A DNA stretch of 31,539 nt, taken from positions 1-31,539 of the IMG/VR virus record IMGVR_UViG_3300046010_010811. The stretch is one strand, 5' to 3'. Position 1 is the stretch's first letter, and each line of letters begins with the position of its first letter. A program made the position numbers and the translations under genes. The stretch is from a virus. Taxonomy: Duplodnaviria > Caudoviricetes. A model generated the notes under the pieces. The model saw only the letters and a list, made by a program, of their open reading frames with translations. It was not told the DNA's origin and ran no database searches. Of this stretch, positions 15,701 through 24,400 are shown piece by piece.

Positions 15701-18607
15701 ATGGCAATGAACATGAGCAACAGCGGCGGAGGAGGGGGAATGTCCGGCGGAGGTGGTGGCGGTGGCGCGATGAGCGCTCCCGCGATGAGCGCAGCCATGT
15801 CCGACAACAACATGGGCAACAACGCCATGTCCGGCAACAACGCCATGTCAACAGGGTCAACAGGGTCAGCAATGTCCAACGCCATGTCCGGCGGAGGAAT
15901 GTCCACCGGCGGCATGGGCATGGGCGGCATGAGCGCCCCGCCAGCCCCACAGCAGCGCAGCCTCTCCGAAGAAATGGCCGCCATCTCTGGCTATGCGCAA
16001 GCAAACGCCCAGGCGCAAGCCAACACCACCGTGGACACCGCAGGCCGCTTGAGCGACCAAGCCATCGAGAACACCGGCGACATTGCGCAACGCCTCCAAG
16101 ACAGCACCTACACCGCCGCCGCCAACCAAAACATCCGCGACGCCGGAACCTCAGCCGCCCAGCTCGGCCAGAGCTACAACCAAGTCGGCCAGACTGCCGA
16201 CCGCGTAGCCGCCTACAACGACCCCGCCCAAGCCCGGCTAAACCAGATGGCCCTCGGCCAGCTCTACCGGCCCGACCAACTTTCCTCCCAGAATGTCTCC
16301 GCCGATCAGGTGACCGGCTCTCGCGTAGCCAACATAGGCAACACGCAAACCGCCCAAGTCGGACCCGTGGCCGATGCTCAAGCAGCCCAAGCCCGAGCTG
16401 CTCGCATGGGCCAAGTGCAAAATGTCCAAGGTCCAGCAGGCTATGCTGCCGATCAGGTCCAGGCGCAACGCATCCTGTCCTCGCAGATGGGCCCAGTTGC
16501 CGATGTGCAAGCCGCCCAAGCTGGGCAAGTCAATGATGTCCGCGCCCAGCGTGTCCGCGCCGCCCAAGGCTACGCCTCGCAAATGGACGCCGTTGATAAT
16601 GTCCAAGCCGCTACCACCGGCGCAATCGAGCGTGTCGGTGGAACACAAGTCGGAGCGGTGGACCCCATGGAAGCCGCCCGCGTCCGCCGAGTGCAAGACA
16701 TCCAAGCGCAGAATGTCCGCGCCAGTGCCGCCGAGCGTGGCCTCATGAATGAAGCCCGTGGCAATGGGCTCCTCGGCCAACTCGAAGGCCAGGCCAGCAA
16801 CGACCTCGCCCTCGGACGCTCCCTCTCAGCCGAGCAAAGCCGCGACGCCATCCAATCTTCCCGTGCCGCATCATCCGCCCGTGGCCTCGGCCTCGGCCAA
16901 TCCGCCATGGCCGCCGAGCTTCTCAACCGCGACCGTTTCGCCACCGCCAGGGAAAACGAACGCCGCACCTTTGCAGGCAATGTCCTCGGCCAAGGCATGG
17001 CTCTCCGCACCTCGGCCAACCAAGCCTACGCCCAGCGGCAGGACGCCAACGCAGGGCGCTCCCTCCAAGCCGACAGCACAAACCAATCTGTGGCTCAAGC
17101 CCGCGCCATGCAAAATGCGCAGTTTGCCCAGCAGGCAAATCTCACCGACAACCAAAACGCCCAGCAGCGCGTCCTCGCCAACGCCGGTTACGCCCAGCAA
17201 GCCGGATTGAGCAACCAAGATTTCAGTTTCCGCGCCAACTCCCAAGACGCTCAATTTTCTCAGCAAGCCAACCTTGCCAACCAACAGGCCGCCCTTCAAC
17301 AAGGCCAATACAACGCCAGCAACCAGCAGGCCATGGCATTGGCCAACCTGCAAAACCGCCAGCAGGCAAGCCTCTCAAACCAAGACGCCTTCCTGCGTGC
17401 AGGACTCGCCAATCAATCCTCGGGCCTCCAACTCGGCCTCACCAACGCCCAGCTTCAGCAGCAAGCAGCCTTGGCTAACCAGCAGACCGCTTACAACACC
17501 GGCCAAGCCAACGCCCAGCTTGCCCAGCAAGCCGCCCTTGCCAACCAAAGCACAGGGCTCCAAGCCTCTCAACTCAACCAAGCCGCCAACGCCCGCGCCG
17601 CAGAGTTTCAGCAACAAGGCGGCCTTCAAGCCGCCCTCGCCAATCAGCAAGTTGGATTTCAAACGAACCAATTCAACGCAGCCAACCGCCAAGCCGCCAA
17701 CCTCGCCAACGCAGGCTACGCTCAACAGGCAGGTCTCGCCAACCAAGCCACCGCCCTCCAGCTCGGCCAGACCAACGCCCAGCTCCGGCAACAAGGCTAC
17801 CTCACTGATAATTCCAACGCGCAGCAGGCCGCCATGGCCGATGCAGGCTACGCCCAGCAGGCCAACCTCGCCAACCAATCGGCCAACCTCAACGCCGCCC
17901 AATACAACTCCTCGCAAAACCTCGCCGCGCAGCAGGCGAACCAATCGGCCAACTACAACGCTAACTACGCCAATCAAAATTTTCTGCAAGGAGTCGCCAG
18001 CCAGAACTTCAACCAATTTTCGGGCCAGCAAAGCATGCTCGGCAGCCTCTACGGCCAGCAAGCAGGCATCGCTCAAAACCAATACGCCAACAATCTCGGC
18101 CTCGCCCAAGCCAATGTCGCCCTCGACCCCTACCAACGCGCCCTCGGATCCAACATCCCCATAGCCAGCCAAGGCAACGCCGCCTCGATGATCGGCCAGA
18201 GCTACGGCAACACCATGACCTACGGTTCCGACCTCTACAACACCAACACGAACATGCAGGCCAGCTTGTATAACAGCTACTACAACAACAGGACCGCCCT
18301 TAAATCTGCTAATATCCAAGCCGATGCCTCACGCGACGCCGCAGGCATGGGCCTCCATGGAGCAGCCATGGGAGCCAGCGCCGTCATCGGAGCCGCCGCT
18401 GCCGCCTGCTGGGTAGCCCGCGCCGCCTTCGGCACGGCCACTACTCGTTGGGTGGAATACCGCCGCGCCATGCTCCGCCATGCCAGCGACCGCACGATCC
18501 GCCTCTACTGCCAGCACGGCCAATCCATCGCCGCCGCCATCACCACGCCACTTCGCCGCCTCATTGCCCGCCTCACGCTCCGCACCCTTCAATGGTCTTG
18601 GAACTAA
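15701..18607 (+). CDS. 968-aa Gln/Asn/Ala-rich probable DNA-ejection (pilot) protein
   Basis: Met-Ser/Gly N-terminus, long 11-residue Q/N/A repeats, Gly/Ala hydrophobic segment, C-terminal CWVARAAFG domain; lies between the fibre and internal virion genes. Function inferred. Confidence 0.6.
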   Translation: MAMNMSNSGGGGGMSGGGGGGGAMSAPAMSAAMSDNNMGNNAMSGNNAMSTGSTGSAMSNAMSGGGMSTGGMGMGGMSAPPAPQQRSLSEEMAAISGYAQANAQAQANTTVDTAGRLSDQAIENTGDIAQRLQDSTYTAAANQNIRDAGTSAAQLGQSYNQVGQTADRVAAYNDPAQARLNQMALGQLYRPDQLSSQNVSADQVTGSRVANIGNTQTAQVGPVADAQAAQARAARMGQVQNVQGPAGYAADQVQAQRILSSQMGPVADVQAAQAGQVNDVRAQRVRAAQGYASQMDAVDNVQAATTGAIERVGGTQVGAVDPMEAARVRRVQDIQAQNVRASAAERGLMNEARGNGLLGQLEGQASNDLALGRSLSAEQSRDAIQSSRAASSARGLGLGQSAMAAELLNRDRFATARENERRTFAGNVLGQGMALRTSANQAYAQRQDANAGRSLQADSTNQSVAQARAMQNAQFAQQANLTDNQNAQQRVLANAGYAQQAGLSNQDFSFRANSQDAQFSQQANLANQQAALQQGQYNASNQQAMALANLQNRQQASLSNQDAFLRAGLANQSSGLQLGLTNAQLQQQAALANQQTAYNTGQANAQLAQQAALANQSTGLQASQLNQAANARAAEFQQQGGLQAALANQQVGFQTNQFNAANRQAANLANAGYAQQAGLANQATALQLGQTNAQLRQQGYLTDNSNAQQAAMADAGYAQQANLANQSANLNAAQYNSSQNLAAQQANQSANYNANYANQNFLQGVASQNFNQFSGQQSMLGSLYGQQAGIAQNQYANNLGLAQANVALDPYQRALGSNIPIASQGNAASMIGQSYGNTMTYGSDLYNTNTNMQASLYNSYYNNRTALKSANIQADASRDAAGMGLHGAAMGASAVIGAAAAACWVARAAFGTATTRWVEYRRAMLRHASDRTIRLYCQHGQSIAAAITTPLRRLIARLTLRTLQWSWN

Positions 18608-19767
18608 CAGAAAAAATCCGACTCGAAGGAGCCCACCGCGCCTGCACTCCAGAGCAAACGCTGGAGCGCATGCGGCCGCATTTCCACGCCGCAGGCATTA
18701 CCCGCCTCGCCGAGATCACCGGGCTCGACCGCATCGGTATTTGTGTTGCCCAGTGCATCCGGCCAGATGCCATAGTGCTGGCCGTGGATTCTGGCAAAGG
18801 AGCCACCCCCGCCGCAGCAAAATGCTCGGCCATGATGGAAGGCTTTGAGCGCCATGTCGGCGAGACCAGCCGCCCTCGGCACATCCTCGCCACCGCAGCG
18901 CAGCTCGGCGACAAAGCCGAGACACGCCTGCCGCTTTCCAAAGGAGCTGTCTTTCACCCCCACGCCCTCATGCCATGGACCGAGGTGCGCGGCCTACAAA
19001 GTGGATCCGCCCGCATGGTGCCTACCGACACCGTGCGCCTCATCGCCCGTCCAGACCCCGCCCCGCTTACCAGCCTGCCATTTGCCTACACCAGCAACGG
19101 TCTCTCTTCCGGCAACACCTACGCCGAAGCCGTCGCCGGTGGCCTCTACGAGTGCATCGAACGAGACGCCACAGCCATCGCCCAGCACAGGCTGCAAGAT
19201 TTCCCCCGTGTCGATCTCGATACCATCACCGACCCCACCGTAGCCCGCCTCGTCCGCACACTGCGCGACGCCGACATCACCCCTGTGCTCCTTGATGTCA
19301 CCAGCGACATCGGCCTGCCCACCTACATAGCATATCTCATCGACTGCGAGAGCGGCTGCGGAGTCAATAAAGGCTACGCCGCCCACCTCGATCCAGCCGT
19401 GGCCCAAGCCCGCGCTCTCACCGAGACCATCCAAGCCCGCGCCGTATGGATCGCTGGAAGCCGCGACGACTTCCTCCACGCCCGCTACGAGAAGGTCAAA
19501 GCCACCGACTCCTCCGCCATCCTCGCCCGCCTCTACAAGCACGCCACCACCAGCGCAAACGCCCATCCCGACCGATCCGGCGACACCTTTGAGGCAGACA
19601 TAGACACCCTCCTTGATCTCCTCGATGCTGCCGGTATCCCCGAGCCACTCGTCTATGAGTTCACCCACGACTACCCATGCAGCGTCGTGCGAATCATAAC
19701 CCCTACGCTGGAAGGCTACACCTTCGACTACTCGCAACCAGGCCACCGCGCCAGGAGGGTCAAATGA
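18592..19767 (+). CDS. ycaO: YcaO-family protein (TfuA-associated, thioamide-forming type)
   Basis: 391 aa from ATG 18592; GITRLAEITGLDRIG, SGKG...SAMMEGFER, SNGLSSGN....A...LYECIERD, RALTETIQAR..WIAGSRDD, VVRIITP.LE. Confidence 0.93.
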   Translation: MVLELTEKIRLEGAHRACTPEQTLERMRPHFHAAGITRLAEITGLDRIGICVAQCIRPDAIVLAVDSGKGATPAAAKCSAMMEGFERHVGETSRPRHILATAAQLGDKAETRLPLSKGAVFHPHALMPWTEVRGLQSGSARMVPTDTVRLIARPDPAPLTSLPFAYTSNGLSSGNTYAEAVAGGLYECIERDATAIAQHRLQDFPRVDLDTITDPTVARLVRTLRDADITPVLLDVTSDIGLPTYIAYLIDCESGCGVNKGYAAHLDPAVAQARALTETIQARAVWIAGSRDDFLHARYEKVKATDSSAILARLYKHATTSANAHPDRSGDTFEADIDTLLDLLDAAGIPEPLVYEFTHDYPCSVVRIITPTLEGYTFDYSQPGHRARRVK

Positions 19768-20780
19768 AAATCTTCCTCGGCCCCACACGCCCCGCAAATA
19801 TCCCCGCCGATGCCGACCTCCGCCCCCCGGCCCAGCAAGGCGACATCGCCGCCGCCGCTCTTGAAGGTCCAGATACCATCCTCCTCATCGACGGCCTCTT
19901 TCACCAAAGCCTCGCCCCCTGGCACAAGGAAATCCTCTTCGCCATCGAGCAGGGATGCCGCGTCATCGGCGCAGGCAGCCTCGGCGCACTCCGCGCCGTC
20001 GAGTGCGCCCGCTACGGAGCCGAGCCAGTCGGCATCATCGCCGGGTGGTATGCCGACGAATCCTGCACCGACGATGCGGATGTAGCCCTCGCTCACGGCC
20101 ATGCCGAAGACGGCTACCGCGCCCTCTCCATTCCAATCGTCAACCTCCGCGCCACCGCCGAGTGCCTCGTCGCCGACGGCCTCCTGCCCGCAGCCGATCT
20201 CGCAGGCATCCTCACCACAGCCCGCAGCATCTACTATGTCGAGCGCAGTTGGCCCCGCCTACGCCAAGCCCTCGGCCCCGTGGCAGACCTCCTCCGCGAG
20301 AACTACCGCGACCAGAAAGCCCTCGACGCCGAGGAAGCCATCCGCCACGCCCAGCATGTCGCCGCACCCCTCCAGTGCGACACGCCCCAGCACACGCACA
20401 GCGCCTATTTCCTCGCCCTCCTCGCCAACGACCTGCCAATCAGCGACGGCCAACGCCAGCACCATCTCACCAGCGAAGCCGACCGCACCCTCGCCACCGA
20501 CCTCCACCTCGTCTCCGAGTTGGCGCAACTCCTCGGCATCGTCACCACGCCCGAAGACATCTTCGCCGCCAGCACCCGCATGTGGCATCGCCTCGGCATC
20601 ACCGACCCCACCGCCGCGCAAGCCTGGCTCTCCGAGCACGCCTGGACCGACCAGCAATGGTATGCCCACGCCCAGCGGGAAGCACTCCGCCAAGCCGCCC
20701 GCGATTGGCACAACGCCAGCGGTGCCTGCCTCGACATCGTTCCACTCACCCTCGCCCACAACCTACTCAACCCAGCCTAA
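19764..20780 (+). CDS. tfuA: TfuA-like protein with C-terminal helical extension
   Basis: 338 aa, ATGA-coupled to ycaO; IFLGPT, PPAQQGDI, LIDGLF....PWHKEIL, GAGSLGALRAVE, DDADVAL, S.PIVNLRAT, DQKALDA. Confidence 0.93.
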   Translation: MKIFLGPTRPANIPADADLRPPAQQGDIAAAALEGPDTILLIDGLFHQSLAPWHKEILFAIEQGCRVIGAGSLGALRAVECARYGAEPVGIIAGWYADESCTDDADVALAHGHAEDGYRALSIPIVNLRATAECLVADGLLPAADLAGILTTARSIYYVERSWPRLRQALGPVADLLRENYRDQKALDAEEAIRHAQHVAAPLQCDTPQHTHSAYFLALLANDLPISDGQRQHHLTSEADRTLATDLHLVSELAQLLGIVTTPEDIFAASTRMWHRLGITDPTAAQAWLSEHAWTDQQWYAHAQREALRQAARDWHNASGACLDIVPLTLAHNLLNPA

Positions 20781-20785
20781 TACCC

Positions 20786-21394
20786 ATGCCATACAACCCC
20801 TCCGTAAACGACAACTCAGGCCAGATATTGGGCCAAGCCACAGCAAACGCCGCTGCTATACAAGCGCAAGGCACAGCTCAATTTTCACAAAATTTAACAG
20901 ACTCGTTCAACACCGTCATGGGCATGGTGAATAAACGCGTCGAGAAGAACCAGGCCGATAACTCCAAGATGCAGCAATCCATGGCAAGCGGCCAAGCCAT
21001 GATGAGCCTCTCCGACAACTACGGAGAGCAAGGCGAGAAATTCAAAACCTCTCTGGCTAAAGCTCTCGAAGAAACCAAAGGCAACCCCGACAAAATGTCC
21101 GGCGCAGTCATGGCCCACACCGCTGAGTTTGAAAACATGCAGAAACAGCAGTTGGCAAGAGAGCAATACACTGCCCTCGGCAACGCCTACGCAGGCAAGG
21201 CCGCTGCGACCGCCGCTGCTAAAGCAGCGCAGCCCGACAAGATGAACGCCGAGACGATCCGCTCCTATGCACGGGACGCGGCTGCCCAAGGTGCGACGCA
21301 AGATCAGATCAAGGCCGGGCTTTTGAATGGTTTTGGTCAATGGGCCGTCGATGCTGTGTTTCCACAAGCTAAACAAGGATTTTGGGGGCCTTAG
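20786..21394 (+). CDS. Probable internal virion protein (202 aa)
   Basis: ATG 20786 (MPYNPSVNDNSGQILGQ); helical, Ala/Gln-rich; precedes the giant internal protein. Confidence 0.55.
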   Translation: MPYNPSVNDNSGQILGQATANAAAIQAQGTAQFSQNLTDSFNTVMGMVNKRVEKNQADNSKMQQSMASGQAMMSLSDNYGEQGEKFKTSLAKALEETKGNPDKMSGAVMAHTAEFENMQKQQLAREQYTALGNAYAGKAAATAAAKAAQPDKMNAETIRSYARDAAAQGATQDQIKAGLLNGFGQWAVDAVFPQAKQGFWGP

Positions 21395-21408
21395 TATAAT
21401 AGCATTCC

Positions 21409-24400
21409 ATGGCTCTAAACCCCCTTCTGGACATCATCCGTTCCTCTGGCTCGTCGGCTCGCGCCGGTGCGCTGGCTATCGACCAAGACACCGCGCTGCC
21501 CGAGCAGGTCGAGGTGCCGTATCCGCAATCCGATCTGGTCGGTGCGTTGGATAGCATGGACCTCACGGAAGACGCGCCGCAAGATGTTGCCGCCAATGAA
21601 GCGCCTGCCGAGCCAGCGCCGCTACCGAAGGGGAATCCCCTCATGGACATCATCAGGGGCAACGCGCCCGCTGCGCCGACATTACCGAAGGGCAATCCCC
21701 TCCTCGATGTGATCCAGGCAAACGAAGCCGCCACCCAGCAAGCCGTCGCCGAGGCCACCACCCCAGCCGAGAATCTCCCCGTCCTCAAGTCCGACCTCGC
21801 CAATGCCCTCGGCGTCCTCGATTACCGCGACCCCGAGGAAGGCCAGCGCCGCCAGCAAGCCACTGCCATGGGCGAAATCCTCGGCCTTCCGGAATACGAG
21901 AAGGTCCAACTCGGAGCCGCCCCGGTGAACGCCGACGGCACCGTCACCATCCGCCGCGCCCAGGCCGTCAGCCCCCAGGCCAATGCCGCCGCTGCCAAGC
22001 AGCTTGCAAATATGCAGACGATGGCCGCTGGCGAAATGCTCGTCGAAGAATCTCCCAAAGAAGTCGGCTCCCTCCAAGGCATAGCCAACGCCGCGCAGAA
22101 TGCTTTCGACTCCGCCCGCCAAGCCCTCATGGCCACCGATGGTCTCGATGAGAACGACGCCTCGCAGATCGCCCGCATCGAATACAATAAAGCCGCCCGC
22201 CGTGTGGCCCCAGGCTACGCCGCCTACCAGCAAGCCGAAGGCTGGGATGCCGCCAAAGCCTTTGCCAAAAATCCATTTGAGGTTACGGCAAATATCATCA
22301 CCGAGGGTCTTGCTGGAAGCTGGCCTGCGCTCGCAAGCGGCCTTGCCACAGGTGCCACTACTGCGCTTGCGACCGGTGCCGCTGGATCGGTTGTGCCAGG
22401 CGTGGGTAATGTCATCGGCGCAGGCGGTGGCTTCACCGCAGGCATGGTCGGAGGCACAGCCGCCGGTTCCTTTGCCACAGAATACGGCAGCAAAATCCTC
22501 GAAGAGTTGCAGACCGCCGGGATGAATCCCAAAAACCCCGAGAGCATCGCCAAATTTTTCAGCAACGAAACGCTCATGGCTGAGGCAAAGGATGCCGCCC
22601 TCAAGCGAGGCGTTCCCGTTGCCGCCTTCGACGCCCTCTCCGCAGGCATCGCCGGGCGAGTCGGCTCAGTCTTCCGCGCCGCCGCCAAGACCCCTGTCCG
22701 CCTGGCCGTCACAGAAGGAGTCATCCAAGGAGGGCTTGGAGGAGCAGGCGAGGTAGCCGGATCCGTCGCAGCCGGAGACCCAGTAAACCCCAAGGCCGTC
22801 TTCGGAGAAGTCATCGGCGAAGTCGGACCCGCCGCCATCGAGATAGCCGCCGGACGCCAAGCCGCAGCCCCCGCCGAAGTCCCGCAAAACTTCACCCCCA
22901 TTTCCTCCCCGGCACCATCCGCCCCCACCGGCCAACCCCCGCGCACCCTCGGCCAAGTCCGCGCCCCCGAAATCCCCATCGACCAAACCGCCCTCGATGA
23001 AGCCTTCGGCTCGACCTTCGCCCCGCCGCCCGAGGTATCAAATGATACCTTCGCCCCGCCTGCCGCAGTTAACCCACAGGTTAACCCGCCCGATGCTGCA
23101 CCAGCAGAAGCTCCCGCGCCAGAGGTTGCGCCTGCTCAAGTTACTTTGTGGCGTGCAGAAAGAAGGGTCGGCGACATTAAAGAAGGTAAATCGCTTGGAA
23201 CATTCCTAACATCTTCTGAAGATACAGCATATAGCCTTGCAGATATGCAGGGAGAAGTTGAGCAAGTTGATGTTCAAATAGCAAAACCACTTATAATTCC
23301 ATCTGGAGAAAACAACAATGAATTATACTTTGATTCACAGCAAGTAAATGGAATCCTTAAAAATGCTGGTGTAAAATATAGGGTAGACCCCAGATACGGC
23401 TATGATGAATTCTGGAGGATTCTTGATTCAGAAGGACCGAAAATGGTAAACGCCATCAAAAAGGCCGGATATGATTCAATTCAATATCCAGAATTTTTAG
23501 GCAGACAAAATCAAACAACGACACTTCTTCTTCAGCATGAAAGAGAAGGACAACAATTCAAATCTAAACTTGCCGCCCCTATTCCCCCGAACACCTCTAC
23601 GGCCCCAGCCGCCGCAAGTGGAGCGCCTGAACCAACAGGATCACCCGACCTGATCACCGGGGAGGGGGCATCTGTTTCTCCGACAGCGGTTCTTCCATCT
23701 CCTGAGACTACCCCCGCCGCCACCGCCCCCCGCCCGTTTTCCGAAATCATGGCAGAGAACATGAAGCGCAAAGGCGAGGCAGGCTATATCGACTTCGGCG
23801 TGGTGCAGGATTTCGGCCAGAGCATCTACCAAGCGGGCATGGATTTCGCCGCATGGTCTGGGCGCATGGTGCAGAAGTTTGGTGAAACCATCCGCGATGT
23901 GCTCTCTTCTCTCTGGCAAGCCGTCTCCGGCGGGCAATACCTGCCGCAAGCCCGCGAGCGTGGCAGCGTAAACATTTCTCCTGGCACTGGACCCAAGCCC
24001 CGCAAGTTCGGCCAATCCCTCCAAGCCGCCCCCGGCGTTGCGCCCGAAGTCAAATCCCGCCTCACCTCGCTGGATTACGATCCCGTCTCGAACGCCCAAA
24101 CCCTCGCCAACGCCCGCGCCCGCATCGACTCCGCAGGCAGCATCGACACCGCATTCACCGACCTCATGGGCAAGCCCGCCATCGAAGGCTGGCAGCCCAC
24201 CGCCGAGGATTACGCCACCGGCATGGAACTTATGGCGCAACTCCAAAACCGAAGCCGCCATGCCGATGCCGCCTCCATCGCCAACATGATGGCCACTCGC
24301 GCCACCGACCAAGGCCGCGCCATCCAAGCCCTCTCGATGATTGGCCGCCTCGGGCCGCAAGGCATCGAGCTATTCGCTCAAAGCCAACTTCAAGCCGCCG

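Noticed and set aside
15701-18607. Tape measure protein of a long-tailed phage
   Set aside because: No tail tube, sheath or baseplate genes nearby; nozzle, adaptor and giant internal protein indicate a short tail.
18592-20780. Captured bacterial thioamitide cluster or azoline-forming YcaO
   Set aside because: No stand-alone precursor, E1-like partner, dehydrogenase, decarboxylase, protease or exporter; the TfuA partner points to thioamidation and codon style matches the phage genes.
21395-21400. TATAAT promoter before the giant gene
   Set aside because: No recognisable -35 at the right distance; too little support.
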